This document shows, piece by piece, positions 12,638 through 25,061 of a stretch of DNA of 64,000 nucleotides. Each line of letters starts with the position of its first letter. The stretch's first letter is position 1. Under the pieces are notes generated by a model that saw only the letters and a list, made by a program, of their open reading frames with translations, did no database searches and was not told where the DNA came from. Source of the stretch: Pavona decussata (taxonomy: Eukaryota). The position numbers were made by a program, and so were the translations under genes. The stretch lies in contig CDRNST010000090.1 in NCBI GenBank assembly GCA_977016875.1, positions 2,108,001-2,172,000 on the forward strand. The letters run 5' to 3'.

Positions 12638-12975
12638 AACAATTAGATTATTCTCTCTCGATTTGTAAGCGTGATAGTTGATAAGGGCGAAGCCCGAATC
12701 AACAATTCGCCCTCATCAACCATCAGGCATACTAATCGAGAGCGAATAATCTAATTGCTTAAGTATAAATCTAATATATAGTCGTTCAAAACTTAACAAC
12801 AAATCCTCCTCACAGACACTTCGAAAACGCGAAGAAGCGCCCGCCATTTTGTTGACAACCGCACGCTGTTAGGCTACTCATTCTACTCACTATCTACAAC
12901 GGAATAGATAGTGAGTAGTGTGGCCAATAGGAGAACAACATTCGTGATAGAATGCTAGTAGATTTACAGTTAAAA
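12638..12975. repeat. Palindromic interspersed repeat (also at ~43380-43675)
   Basis: Imperfect inverted arms aattagattattctctctcgat ... atcgagagcgaataatctaatt, plus a second hairpin ctactcactatcta...tagatagtgagtag. Confidence 0.55.
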
Positions 12976-13068
12976 TGAATAGAAAGAGCGAGGTATTGTT
13001 GTATTTTATTTCGTTGCCCCGAACTGCGCGGGAAACTGAACTGAACTGAACTATGTCAGCGTCTTAGC

Positions 13069-13494
13069 CGGGGCACCCAACAGTTCACTTCGGTGGATAT
13101 CTGCTCGGATGGCCTTAATCGACTCAGAAATTCAGATTTAGTTATTAACCAAATCTCGAGTTTTATTCGACAAAATGACAACTCAACATTACGTAACACT
13201 GGAAACTAGTTCGACCAGTTCCTTTCATTTTCTAAGGGACAAATATCTCCATAAAATATAAAGTAAGGTCAGGTAGCAATTTCATTAAGCAAACAACAGC
13301 TCATAAATTCGGGAAAAAAGATTCGGTTTCCTAATGTGACGTTCTGCGATTTAAATTCTCAGCTAAAGCGTGCGAATAGATCATCCTGTATTATAGCTCA
13401 AGTCAATATGTCTTTCAAAGGCCGCCAAACGATCTGGGAACACAGGAAATAACATTTTACGTCTTTTGCTTTGATGTTCTCGTTGGGTGCCCTG
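13069..13494. mobile_element. MITE with hAT-like termini
   Basis: TIR c(g/a)gggcacccaac ... gttgggtgccctg. No clean TSD. Absent from the paralogous unit. Confidence 0.5.
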
Positions 13495-13828
13495 TTTTAG
13501 GAAAGCTCCTTTTTTTACAGTCGACACCAAAACGATAGTCCTCAGTTTGAAATGTCTCTACTGTGGAAAGTCGTTTACGGAAACCTCTGCAATCTTATAG
13601 ATAAACATCTCTGTTTTCGATTGTTTTAGTGGGGATAGGGTTAAAGTTAGGGTTAGGGTAAGGCCTACTGATTGGTCTTAAGCCGGGGCCTAAGTTAGAC
13701 TCTGTTTAAATAACTGACCCTTTTAGTTTAGATCAACCTTTGACGGACGTTTTTACTTGGTGCCACACCGCTTAAGAAAAGCTATCATCCACCTGCATCA
13801 GCCCTTCATCATTTAGTTAGAATTGTAA

Positions 13829-14250
13829 AGGCCTTTTTTTTTACAGGCGAACGCGACCACGAACGGGAAACGCGGCGTTTGCATTGGATTGCGTTTAAGC
13901 AATTTGTATGAATCCGTTTATACCAAAGGCAACCACGAACGAGGCTGGAAATTGGTTCGTGCGGAAGGTCGCACGATTGCCTCTGGCGATGGTCGCACGA
14001 AGTATTTCTTGGGAACCAATCAGTTCGTTTGTTTTCGTGTAACTCGGACCGGGTTTCACGCCGTATGCGTTAAAAAATCGACTTTGTTGAGCACTGGTTG
14101 TGAACATGTCGGACAAATCTAAGGCCGTAGAGATTTTAAAAGACGCAGAGAAAAGGAAAAATGCGTGGAAACGTATTACACAGCCCAAACTACCCGGTTC
14201 TGTATGAACGGTTGTTCATGCGAAGTTACCAGCGGAAAGTCGCAATGGCC
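13829..14250. mobile_element. Degenerate MITE, PIF/Harbinger-like termini (paralogue ~44010-44456)
   Basis: Left end aggccttttttttacaggcgaacgcgaccacgaac is the imperfect inverse of gttcgcggtcgcggttgtgctctgtataaacaggcct at ~44420-44456. Confidence 0.4.
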
Positions 14251-14846
14251 GCATGTTACTCGCAGTTACGTCCACTACCGTTGGTGCTGTACTGTATGGG
14301 CAATGATAGACTGCTAGCATCTCTTTCGGGATAGTTAAGCGGGAGAGCTTAAAGAGTAACATGAGCTGGATGAAACTGGGGCTGACCCCTCGGCTCCTTC
14401 GCTCCAAGTCGGTCCTCTTCCCCCGGCTGCATGACAGCTCGCCCGCTCAACTATTTAGAAATGGACTGCTTACAGTATACCATAGATGTCTCCATTTGGA
14501 CTAATTACCACGGCATAACACACTCCACTTGTGCTTGTGGTGGATCTCATGTTAGATGTTAATGCATTTCTGCCTTTAACTCATTTATAACGAGTAATAA
14601 CAACTGTGAGCTGCAAAAACAAGTGCGGCCCTAACACCTTTCTTTCCCTGCACTTGAATGGTTTGTCTAGCCCGGTGACTGTTAATCAGATCGCTCCCTT
14701 TAGCAATCAATCGGTGCGTGGGGACGACTATCATCTCTGCTTTTCTCTTTAGCCTCAGGTTTGTTACTTGTTACTCACAGGGTTTTTTTGTTTATTTATA
14801 TATTATAATTCACAAAGGTTTCCCATCACTGTGAATGTACCTTACC

Positions 14847-15209
14847 TTTTCAATTCAATTCAATTCAATTTATTTGCCATTAACAAAAAAAATACAACAT
14901 AAATACATTATAGACGACACACAATATTCTTACTATTACAATATTCATACTTGACTATTTACAATATTAAATGTGTTAAAGGCTAGGAAGCCTATATAGA
15001 AGCCGGGGGCTTATTAACTATAGGCTTCCTAGAACTATTGGATAAACCATTGAAGTTAAGGGTACTGATTGAAATTTCCAATTAAATTTTTTTTTTAAAA
15101 GAAGAAAAGGAAAAAAAAAAAAAAAAAGGAAAGGAAGAAAAGAAAGAAAAGGTAAAGAAAAGGTGTGTAGCTCAACAAAGAGTCAATTTAACTTAGATAG
15201 AAGGAATTA
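14847..15209 (-). mobile_element. 5'-truncated non-LTR retrotransposon 3' end with (ATTGA)n tail
   Basis: 9-bp TSD taccttacc at 14838-14846 and 15210-15218. (caatt)n tail. Stem-loop ctaggaagcctat...ataggcttcctag. Single taccttacc at the paralogous site near 45992. Confidence 0.75.
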
Positions 15210-16089
15210 TACCTTACCACTGAGACAAAGTCGATTCATGTTTTCTTATCTTAGTTTAGAAAGTAATCAATAGTCGAAATAGATGCCATTTAATGAGTTA
15301 ATCCTGACGCACCATCAGTTCTGACAACAAAGATTGATCATGGGTAAAATATAATTTATTCACAGTTCAATTCCTTTGCGCGTTTACAAACTTGTAGTCA
15401 GAGTATAAACGCAATTACTTGAGTTCACAATGGATAGTACTGAAGTAGCTTCAATGAATAAACAAGACGTTACAAATTGTTTAAATACAAATACTAAAAT
15501 AAGATCATTTATGTAAAAAGATATTTGTTGTTATTTTAGGCTATGAATATGCTATGTGTAAGCTTCCTCTCAAAAAACTAAATTTCTCTAAAGGCTGGTT
15601 TGCATATACGAAGCAGACTATGGTCCACCGTGCGATAAACAGTCACTAGTGATACGTACAGGCACATTGACCGGCAGGAAATGTTGTAAAAACAAAAATT
15701 GAGTTCAACATGGTGAACTTTTGAGGAGTTTTCATGAAGGAGTTAATTTGATCAAATATGAAGAAACGGAAAATGCAAAGAGTCTTGTAACATTGCTGCT
15801 TCTTTCCAGCAAGGTGGAAGGGACAACTTTTCATTTCAAGCTCATTTTTGCAACCCAGCCTAAACTCCTCAATTACAAAATTCTTGATTATGTAAAAAAA
15901 GAGAAAGAAGCTGCTACTCTGAAGTTAACGGATTCAGTTAAAGGCAGCGATAACTCTATACATATAATGAATGATTACATAAATCAAATAGACAAAGGTA
16001 ATTATCTAATCGAATAATTAACAATTATTTCACGAGCGCGCGTTGAATATGAGATGATAGATATAGCCATACACTTTATAATATGATTC

Positions 16090-18330
16090 CTATTCAAATA
16101 TCTGAATACGGTCATTGCAGCCGCCACACACAACTATCCTACCATCAGTGAGTACTGCAGTAGAGAATGGTCCAGTAAACTCACCAATCTCACTGCCGGG
16201 TCCTCCAAATTTTGTTATAAAATTTCCGCTCAGATCGAACACCTGAATTCTGTCATTACCAAAATCAGAAACAATCAGTTGTCCTGCCTTGTCAACTGAC
16301 AAGCAATGCGGTAAATTGAATTCCCCGTCTCCCTTCCCCCTCTTTCCAAATGTATATAAAAAGTCACCCTCACCAGTGAAAACTTTAATACTATGATCAG
16401 CGTGGTCTGATACTATTAGATTGTTGCCCTTCTGTATACAGTGACACGGAATTACTAAAGAGTGCTCTCCACCAAATTTACGTAACAGCTGGCCATTAGG
16501 AGAGAAAATCTTAATTAGCCTGTGATTTGAATCAGTAACAATAATGTTACCATCACTGTCTACAGACAAACCCACGGGAAAATCAAGTTGGTGATCAAGA
16601 TTTCCCTCACCACCAAACTGACTGAGGTATTCCCCCTGCCCATTGAACATTTGCACTCGGTTGTTAAACTGGTCAGCCACAACAATGTTTCCATTATTAA
16701 GAAAAGCTATCCCAGTTGGACAGTCAAATTCCCCGTCTTGATCACCCTCCCCACCAAAAGACCTCAAGTAAGTTCCATCAATACTAAATACCTGGAGCCT
16801 ATTGTTACTTTTATCAGTCACAGCAATTTCGTTACGTTCATTCACTGTCACTCCCCAAGGTGTATTAAACATTCCAACAGATGAACCTTTTCGTCCAAAA
16901 GATAACACAGGCCTGTATTGTCTGGTTTTGATTTGAACAGTGAAAGGACTGTCACGAACATGTTCTCCATTTACCATCACTGATGCTTGGCATGTTCCAG
17001 TTTCTTTGGCAAAATAGCTGATATTGTAGGTGCCATCTTTGTTATCCTGTATATTCACTTCTGTCGTACAGTCATGGCCCTGATCATTTCTTATTTCCAT
17101 TGTTACGCAGTCAAACTCTTCGTAACATTGTTTCTCCTCAGCGTTTCGTGTTGTTAAAACGAGCTGTGCTTCAAGACCAACAGTTGCTTCGCTGATTCCT
17201 TTTCCTTCGGCACTTGATTGGTGCGCCTTAGTTTTGCTGATAAATGTTTTGACAGATCCGATCCGTTCATAGCTTGCTTTCTCCATTAGGTCAATGTTTC
17301 CCACGAAAAAAAGACAACCCGGATCTTCAAAATCACATTCAACTGGTTCTCCAGCATTACTGATGCTTTCCAGGGAACTTTCGTCCAACTGTACAAGTTC
17401 AGCGCTTGTGCTTCGGTTAGCAAGCGTTTCAATGTTTTCGATTGCTGTCTCTATCCTCTGTAATTCATTTTCCACCACGCACTGTTCCATATCCAGACGC
17501 TTCACTGATTCTTTCCCTTTGTTTTCAACTTCTCTAAAAAACTCCTGTTTCTTCGCTTCGATGACTTTCATCATGTTGTCAGCAAATATCTGCGCGTTTT
17601 GCTTGACGCTAGCGACCTGTCTTTGAATTTTAGTTCGCTCATCTTGTAGTTTGGAGAGTTTACTTTTCTTCCGAATCGCTTTTTGTTTGTGAGATTCAAT
17701 CACGCATTTTACGCGTAGCTTTCGTTCATTAGCAGCTTCTGCCAGTGGTGCCTTAGCATGACCGTCGTGAAGTGTTACAACACAAGTGTTGCAAATAGGA
17801 ACTTTGCAATCCTTACAAAAGAACTTCAGCTCTTCGTTTTCGTGATGTTCCTTCTGGCAAAATGCTGGTCGCTTTATCACATCTTCAATGTCTTGATGTT
17901 GAAAGTCTTTAAGAGCGAGCACGCGATGTTCTTTGTTCGCTCGGATTATGTTGTGCCCCAAAATGCAGTCCTCGCACCAAAACACTGAACACTGAAAACA
18001 GTAAAAACACTGCGCGCTTCTTTTCTCGCAGTTTCCACATTTTACGCCGGTAGAGTTACATTCTTGAATGGCCAACACATCCAATAAGCTGTTCAATCGA
18101 AAGTTGGTGGGCAACTGGTCAGGAGTTCCGCTCCCAGCGATTCTGAATTCCCCACGACATTCAGGGCAGCTGATCTGTCCAACTCTGCCGCTTGTTCGTT
18201 GAAGCTTGTTCAAACAATGAAGGCAATAGCTGTGTAAGCACGGCAGAACTTTTGGATCAGTGAACGTGTCTCCACACACAGAACAAGATACCTCTTTGTG
18301 AAGATTATGAAGTAAGGTTTTGAGATCCAT
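16090..18330 (-). CDS. TRIM-NHL E3 ubiquitin ligase copy 2 (RING, B-box1, B-box2, coiled coil, filamin-Ig, six NHL repeats); intronless; TRIM2/3/71-like
   Basis: 746-aa ORF with C3HC4 RING (CSVC...CLHSYCLHC...CPEC), B-boxes, filamin motif DNKDGTYNISY, and six F-x-x-P-x-G ... D-x-x-N-x-R-IQVF repeats. Confidence 0.95.
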   Translation of the reverse strand: MDLKTLLHNLHKEVSCSVCGDTFTDPKVLPCLHSYCLHCLNKLQRTSGRVGQISCPECRGEFRIAGSGTPDQLPTNFRLNSLLDVLAIQECNSTGVKCGNCEKRSAQCFYCFQCSVFWCEDCILGHNIIRANKEHRVLALKDFQHQDIEDVIKRPAFCQKEHHENEELKFFCKDCKVPICNTCVVTLHDGHAKAPLAEAANERKLRVKCVIESHKQKAIRKKSKLSKLQDERTKIQRQVASVKQNAQIFADNMMKVIEAKKQEFFREVENKGKESVKRLDMEQCVVENELQRIETAIENIETLANRSTSAELVQLDESSLESISNAGEPVECDFEDPGCLFFVGNIDLMEKASYERIGSVKTFISKTKAHQSSAEGKGISEATVGLEAQLVLTTRNAEEKQCYEEFDCVTMEIRNDQGHDCTTEVNIQDNKDGTYNISYFAKETGTCQASVMVNGEHVRDSPFTVQIKTRQYRPVLSFGRKGSSVGMFNTPWGVTVNERNEIAVTDKSNNRLQVFSIDGTYLRSFGGEGDQDGEFDCPTGIAFLNNGNIVVADQFNNRVQMFNGQGEYLSQFGGEGNLDHQLDFPVGLSVDSDGNIIVTDSNHRLIKIFSPNGQLLRKFGGEHSLVIPCHCIQKGNNLIVSDHADHSIKVFTGEGDFLYTFGKRGKGDGEFNLPHCLSVDKAGQLIVSDFGNDRIQVFDLSGNFITKFGGPGSEIGEFTGPFSTAVLTDGRIVVCGGCNDRIQIFE

Positions 18331-18405
18331 GACTAGCGTCGCAAAACGGTGAAGATTTAGTTGAATACAATATGCATTGTGGTCTTGTGATCATATGACA
18401 AAACC

Positions 18406-18427
18406 GACCAATCACGGAGTGTAGTTT
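18406..18427 (-). promoter_or_regulatory. Candidate proximal promoter motif (CCAAT box plus adjacent conserved block) of the TRIM-NHL genes
   Basis: gaccaatcac-N3-gtgtagttt lies ~75-100 bp upstream of the ATG in copies 1-3 (~451, ~18406, ~28931). Copy 4 has gaccaaccac (~49176). The conservation could simply reflect recent duplication. Confidence 0.35.
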
Positions 18428-19900
18428 TGGTTTACCTTAAAATTTGGAATCCGGAATCCGGAATCCGGAATAGTTAAAAAAAAATGAAAATTCGTCGACA
18501 TGAAAATTTCAACGAAGGTTAAAGCCACTTGGCAAACAGTTTTTATGGCTCTTGAAAAATTATAATATCAGTCAGGATCCCAGTGAAATTTTCAAAAGTT
18601 TGCCTAAGATTTCTATTGCTGCAGTTACAGTGTAAGCCTATGGCGTTAGTATTCTAAGGCAGTCCCTTTTAAAGCGTAAAACTTTAAAACACACTAGAAT
18701 GACACCTATCTATGTATTTTAAAATCAAATACACGGAATTCGTAAATCAGAAAAGACTTTCTTTTCTTTCTTTTTTCTTTTTCTGTGTAACTTGCCGTAT
18801 GCTGATTGGCTAATGAGTAGGGGATTTTCGTTCTTTCGGAAGAGCTAGGGGCGAGAGATGTGTACGATTGGTGGTATTTTGACAGGTACAGAAGGCAGCA
18901 AATTAACGCATTCACGATGGTGACGATGGAAAGATATCTTTTCATGTGTCATAACATTGTGACTAACGTATATTACGGCTCAACGATTTTTTTGGGCATT
19001 AGGGTGGAAATGGGGCTTAAAATATTCAGACTTATTACCTCTAAATCAAAACCAATAGATCTACGGCTTCCAAGGTACCTGGAATTAGAGGATATAAAAA
19101 AATTTGTTATCTACATCCTGCTATTGTGATCACTAAATTATGGGAAATCGTTCACGGGCTCCTGAAATTATTACTGTATTTCAAAAAAGGCCATCGACAC
19201 AAAACGTTTCCTTTGTACCGGCAGCTCGACAATCTTTTGTAAAAAGGTGGATAAATGAATACATGCATACATGACTGAACGTAGGAGTGTATGCCGGCAG
19301 GCATGACAGAACCACGAGCGAGTGAGTGAGTGAGCGAAGGAACGAATGAATGAATGAATGAATGAATGAACGAACGAACGGACGGACGGACGGATGAGTT
19401 AATAAATGAATAAATAATTTTGCCCGCTGCCTATCCAGCGTCGGTGCCAATTCCAAGCTGTTTTTTTTATTAGATGAAATCGAAGTCACCCCCCATACCG
19501 AGTTGTTTCAATACTTTTAATATTATTATGCAAAGACAGTGATCAGTCTTGCGAAGAGTTGATGAGTGATAAACTCAACACTGACTCTTTTCTCTAGTTA
19601 CCTTTCAGTGTCTCTCTTCGTTCTATGGGGAGGAGGAATCGTTAACGAGTAGGAAGAGGTGTGGGGGTATTTAAGAGTAGGTTTGAAGATTGGGGACCTT
19701 TATTCCAAATGAGTGGCTCAACTGCCTCAGCAATTGAAATCTAAGGCAAACTTTTGAAATCCTGCCTGATATTACAATTTTTCAAGAGCTATAAAAACTG
19801 TTTCCCAAGTGACTTTAACCTTCGTTGAAATTTTCATGTCGACGAATTTTCATTTTTTTATTTTATTCTGGATTCTGGATTCCTGGTTTTATGTAAACCA
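18428..19900. mobile_element. Non-autonomous DNA transposon with ~190-bp imperfect TIRs
   Basis: Termini tggtttac / gtaaacca. Arms 18428-~18625 and ~19720-19900 are reverse complements. Target tagttt is duplicated (6-8 bp depending on the terminus call). Empty site gtgtagttttgaca at ~464-477. Confidence 0.85.
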
Positions 19901-20213
19901 TAGTTTTGAGATGTTTTGGCTAAATCTGAGTTCTGAGAATGATTCCAAAAATATTCAAGATTTCCAAGAATTGAGTGTTGGAAACGAGTAGGGACTGGAA
20001 CTAGTCAAATTCGCACGTGATCATTTGTAATCAGATTTCTCGGAAAGATTCTTGTTTTGAGTGTGACTCTCGAAGGAACTCTGGAACTATTACTTCTAAA
20101 TGTAGCGGGATTTATCTTGTACGTCGGGAATAGCGGAATTCTCTCTCAAGGAATGTTATCATGTAATCTTCGAGTTTATCAAGTATTAAAGAGTTTGGTC
20201 AAGTACAACATTT

Positions 20214-20231
20214 TGGTGCCGAGACCCGGGA
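20214..20231 (+). promoter_or_regulatory. Primer binding site of BEL element 2 (tRNA-Phe-like)
   Basis: tggtgccgagacccggga just after the 5' LTR, one mismatch to the usual tRNA-Phe PBS TGGTGCCGAAACCCGGGA. Confidence 0.7.
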
Positions 20232-20274
20232 GTGAAAGCAAGGAGAACAGAGCACGTGTTTTGTGATCTTCGCC

Positions 20275-22068
20275 ATGTCGGATGTCAAAAAGAAAATTCT
20301 GGAGCGCTCAGGGTTCAGAGTTCACGTTCGTAAAGTTATGAACGAAGTCAAGGAGTTACTCAACAAAGGTGATGTGGAAAGCGTCCAACTGAAGCTGAAA
20401 TCGCAAAAGATTAACCTGGAAAAATATCAGAAGGAAATTGCATCGCTTGACCAAGAAATCGCAGAATTATTGCAAGCCGACGCAATCGAAAACGAAATCC
20501 TGGAGCGCTGCGAGTTCAACGCGTCGTTACAAGAAACGATCTTACTGATAACCTCATGTTTGTCGTCTCCTAAGCAGGAAGCGAATGATGTCGAAGAAAC
20601 GGTGACATTGCCATCGACGAGTCCGCAAGGATCTTTCCCTGCTCAAAATGGCGCGAAGGGCACAAACAAGGCAAAGCTACCGAAGCTCACGTTACCTAAG
20701 TCTACAGGGGATACCACAAAATGGACAACATATTGGGACAGCTTCTCATCCGCAATTCACACGAGTGAGGAGCTGAATGAAGTCGACAAATTTCAGTATT
20801 TGAAATCATTATTGGAGGGCGCTGCAGCCGAAACCATTTCTGGTTTACCTCTCACAAGCTCAAATTACAACCATGCGGTCGATCTCCTAAACAAGCGGTT
20901 CGGAAGCAAACAAGTTATCATCTCTAAGCACATCGAGATGTTAATGCAGCTACCAAACGTGAGTGATACTGGTGAGCTTAAACAATTGCGGCAATTGTTG
21001 GACAAAACAGAGTCGGCTGTTCGAAGTTTGCAAGGAATTGGAATTTCCATTGACACGTATGGAACATTCCTAACCTCCGTGATCATGGCGAAAATTCCCC
21101 AAGAGTTCCGTTTAATTTTGAGTCGTGGTATGAGCGACGAGTGGGACCTCGACACATTAATAAAGTCGTTTGCAGAGGAGTTACAGATACGAGAAAGGTG
21201 TGCTCTGGGTCCAGTGACAGATCAGTCGAAAATGAGAGAAAAACGAGAGTTTGGATATGGATTACGGTTCGGTCAAAACAAGAGACCCCCCACATCGTCG
21301 ACACTTGTTTCATACAACGACAGGCCTCAACAACATAAGGAAATGTGGTGTACTTTTTGCAGTGGACCGCACCCTTCGGCGAGATGCGCTGTTGTTACGG
21401 AGCCAGAAGCGAAGAAAAGAATTCTCCGCCAAAAGGGGCGATGTTTTGGTTGTTTGAGGAGTGGTCATGTGAGCCGAGATTGCCAAGCGAGATGTCATCG
21501 TTGTGGCGGGAAACATCATGTATCGCTATGCGGCGTGCAAAGCTTTTCACCACAGTTCACGCAAGCAAGAAGAACCAATCAGGAACAAAGTGTGAGTACA
21601 AATTTGTATTTCACTCAAGTTGTTAAGAGTAATTCTGTTTTGCTGCAAACTGCCAGAGCGAGGGTCGGAAATCCTAATGGAGAAAATTCTTGCCATGTGA
21701 GGGTTTTATTTGATTCATGTTCTCATAGGTCTTACATAAGTACACGGTTGAGGAGCAAGTTAGGCCTGCCCTCATTTGGAAATGAAACTGTTCTGATTAA
21801 AACGTTTGGAAACAATGAAGCCTCGTTGGAGAAATGTGACATTGTTCAGTTTGCACTGGAATGCCAAGATCAGCTGAAAGTGTTTGTCAATGCTTATGAA
21901 GTTGAACTGATTTGTGGACCCATAGCCAACCAGACCATTGACATTGCACAGCAAAATTACCCTCATCTACAAGGCTTACCCCTTGCTGACTATTCCCGTG
22001 GGGATTTAGATCTTGAAGTAGATATTATGATTGGCGCTGATTATTACTGGTCCATTGTCCAGCCTTAA
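20275..22068 (+). CDS. BEL/Pao gag with three Cys/His knuckles and aspartic protease (truncated by deletion)
   Basis: KLPKLTLP...DKFQYLKSLLEG; CTFC..H....C, CFGC...GH....C, CHRC..KHHVSLC; VLFDSCS; DIMIGADYYW. Confidence 0.85.
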   Translation: MSDVKKKILERSGFRVHVRKVMNEVKELLNKGDVESVQLKLKSQKINLEKYQKEIASLDQEIAELLQADAIENEILERCEFNASLQETILLITSCLSSPKQEANDVEETVTLPSTSPQGSFPAQNGAKGTNKAKLPKLTLPKSTGDTTKWTTYWDSFSSAIHTSEELNEVDKFQYLKSLLEGAAAETISGLPLTSSNYNHAVDLLNKRFGSKQVIISKHIEMLMQLPNVSDTGELKQLRQLLDKTESAVRSLQGIGISIDTYGTFLTSVIMAKIPQEFRLILSRGMSDEWDLDTLIKSFAEELQIRERCALGPVTDQSKMREKREFGYGLRFGQNKRPPTSSTLVSYNDRPQQHKEMWCTFCSGPHPSARCAVVTEPEAKKRILRQKGRCFGCLRSGHVSRDCQARCHRCGGKHHVSLCGVQSFSPQFTQARRTNQEQSVSTNLYFTQVVKSNSVLLQTARARVGNPNGENSCHVRVLFDSCSHRSYISTRLRSKLGLPSFGNETVLIKTFGNNEASLEKCDIVQFALECQDQLKVFVNAYEVELICGPIANQTIDIAQQNYPHLQGLPLADYSRGDLDLEVDIMIGADYYWSIVQP

Positions 22069-22073
22069 CACCA

Positions 22074-25061
22074 TTGATCTTTGACATTCTCCTACGATTT
22101 CGTCTCCACAGAGTTGCATTGATTGGTGACTTGGAGAAAGCATTTTTAAATGTTGAAGTGGATCCTGAACAGAGGAATTTGTTAAGGTTCTTGAGCATAA
22201 ATGACATCAGTTCCTCGAATCCGGAAGTCATTATCCTTAGATTCACACGGCTTGTGTTTGGCCTTGTCTGTTCACCGTTCATTTTGAATGTAACCCTGAG
22301 AAATCACTTAAGCAAGTATGAGAACATTGATCAAGACTTTGTGAACACTGTTGTCAAAGCTTTGATGTGGATGACTTTGCATCCGGAAAGGATTCGGTAA
22401 AGAACTGCTTCGAACTTTACGGAAAATTGAAGTTGCCATTCAGGGAAGGAGGTTTCAACATGCGAAAATGGGCATCGAACAGTGAAGAACTAAACCAGTT
22501 GATTGAGAAGGAGGAAGCTAACCTGTCATCATCAACTCAGACAATTTCAGAAACCAGTCCTTCTAGTTCTTTGACAAAGTCTGGTGTTCTTGAAGAAGAC
22601 CTCATCAAAGTGATGGGAGTTCCATGGGATAGGAAAGAAGATAGTTTCAAGTTTGATCTTGCAACCTTTGCTACTCAAGCACTGGATGGAACACTGGCAA
22701 AGCGGAAACTGTTGAGCATCACTGCTCGATTTTATGATCCATTAGGCTTGTCACCAGTTATGTTGCCATTGAAGTGTATGTTTCAAGAGATATGTCAGCT
22801 CAAGATTGGCTGGGATGAGGCCCTACCAGAAGAACTCTGTTTAAAGTGGAAAGAAGTCGCAGAAGACATGTTGAGAGTTTCAGTGATAAGTGTCCCTCGC
22901 TGTGTCCTAGCTGGGATAGAAGCAGAAGATGTCAAGTCTATTCAACTACACGGTTTTGCAGACGCGAGTAAGATTGCTTATGGTGCAAACATCTCAATCG
23001 GGTGACAACCTCTAATGTCAGCTATTCGCAGTTGTTAGCCTCTAAAACTAGGGTGGCACCCTTGAAGGGAGAGACAATTCCTAGATTGGAATTGATGGCA
23101 GCATTGACTCTAGCAAACCTGATGACAGCTGTGCACAAGGCATTGGCTTGTACCATCAAGATTGATGCTGTGTTCAATTGGATTGATTCTCAGATTGTAT
23201 GGTGGTGGATTAATGGAGAGTCAAAACAATTCAAGCAGTTTGTGCAGAATCGAGTAACAAAGATTCGAAGTCTCTGGAGTAAAGAACATTGGGGATATTG
23301 CCCTTCTGAACTTAACCCAAGTGACATTGCCTCGCGAGGAGCCAAGAGCTCCGATCTCGTTTCCAATGATCTATGGTGGGAAGAAGCACCATTTCTAGAG
23401 AAGGAGAAGAATCAATGGCCAAGCCCACCTAATTGTCCTGTTGGTGAAGGCACCCTCTCAGAAGAAACTTCAAAGAAAGTGAAGAAAGAACATGCAGATG
23501 GAATCTCACAAGTAATGAACGTATTGGTCCAAGCCCCTGCAAATATCTCTGAAGTCGTCCAACCAGAGAGATTTAGCAGTCTCAGCAAGCTTATCAGAGT
23601 AACTGCCCTTGTATTGAAGTTCATCAGACGGCTTAAAAGAGTTCCAGAAATGCATTCAAATGTTAGTTCACAGGAAATTAATGCCGCAAAAATTCTCTGG
23701 TACAAAGACGTTCAAGGGAAACTTGATGAAAGGGAGAGATCAAGTTCAACTTGGGAACAGTTAGGAGTCTTTAAAGATGAAGATGGAGTATTGCGATGCA
23801 AGGGAAGGATTCAGAATTCCTCTCTTCCATACTCAGCAAGTTTCCAATCCTGTTACCGAGAAAGCAGCACTTCACAAGATTAGTAATTGCACAAAGTCAT
23901 GAAAACGTGAAACACAATGGGGTTAGAGAAACTCTCACTGAAACTCGGTCACAGTTTTGGATAATCAAAGGACGACAAGCTGTCAAGGATGTACTCTGTA
24001 AGTGCATTACATGTAAGAAGATAGCTTTCAGTGGCCCACCTCCTCCACCATTACCCTCATTTCGAGTCTCAGATGATGTGGCCTTCTCCAAAGTTGGTGT
24101 AGATTTTGCTGGCCCCCTTTATGTTAAGAATATCTACCAGTCCAAGGGAAACATGTTCAAGTGTTACATTGCTCTATTTACATGTCCAAGTACCAGAGCT
24201 GTGCACCTTGAACTCACACCGGATTTGACCGCCAAGTCATTTCTAAGAGTGCTCAAACGTTTCTTTGGAAGACGAGGGATACCCAGCCTGTTTATCTCAG
24301 ATAACGGAAAAACTTTCAAAGATTCAGAAGTTCAGAAGTTCGTTCTTAACAAGAACATTGACTGGCATTTCAACGTGCCCACTGCGAGCTGGTGGGGCGG
24401 GTTTTTCGAAATCTGCGTCAAACTTGTGAAAAGGTATCTGAAGAAAGTACTGGGAAATGCAAAGCTTAGTTATGAAGAACTGGAATCAGCCCTGATTGAA
24501 ACTGAAGGAGTGTTAAATTCCAGGTCGTTAACCTATGTTTACAATGAGTTGTCAGAAGCTCCACTAACACCTTCTCATCTCGTAATTGGTCGACGTCTCT
24601 TGGAGCAACCTTCTGCTACCAGTGTACCTCTGAGCGCTCTAGCCCAACGGGAACGATATTTGGAGAGTCTCCTCACCCACTTCAGAAATTGATGGAGGAA
24701 AGAATACCTGACTGGCATCAGAGAGTATCAGAAACTTAAGGGAGAACCGAGGAGAACTATTCAAATTGGTGACCTTGTGCACATATATGCAGACAAAACA
24801 CCTAGACAGCAGTGGAGAATGGGGAAAGTAGAGAAGCTGTTGCGAGGAAGAGACAACGTTGTTCGCTCCGCCGAAGTGGCTACGGTAGACAAATCTCTGC
24901 GCAGGATTCGCATCAAGCGTCCAATTCAGAAGCTCTATCCTCTTGAAGTTAATGTGTTTGATGAAGGAGCAGCTGATACGGGAGCTGTCCAGTGTCACAG
25001 AGCAAGGAATATTTGTGTAGTCAGAGATGAAGATATTCCAATTGTGGTTACTGCATCTTAA
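22074..25061 (+). pseudogene. BEL/Pao pol (RT-RNaseH-integrase) broken into several frames
   Basis: DLEKAFL, VDD region, HGFADAS, IPRLELMAA, GVDFAGP, SDNGKTF, WWGGFFE, RPIQKLYPLE spread over consecutive ORF pieces. Confidence 0.9.

Larger units (their letters stand above)
3060..18427. repeat. Segmental duplication unit (SFI1 3' fragment + spacer + TRIM-NHL), paralogous to ~39870-49200 once TE insertions are removed
   Basis: Long colinear near-identity, e.g. 5320-6701 with 41460-42824, 12076-12950 with 42820-43675, 15210-18420 with 45990-49195. Boundaries approximate. Confidence 0.85.

Noticed and set aside
13630-13665. Telomeric TTAGGG repeats
   Set aside because: Only 2-3 degenerate units; not a telomere or fusion site.
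16588-17988. Plus-strand ORFs recurring opposite each TRIM copy
   Set aside because: They are antisense shadows of the duplicated CDS with no independent motifs.
16090-18330. Assigning the symbol TRIM71/lin-41
   Set aside because: The architecture is shared, but the copies are intronless, lineage-expanded and variable at the surface that is conserved in LIN-41. Orthology is not supported.
19320-19400. 102-aa ORF 19181-19489 over tetranucleotide repeats
   Set aside because: It is a translation of a compound microsatellite (gagt/gaat/gaac/ggac) inside the TIR element.
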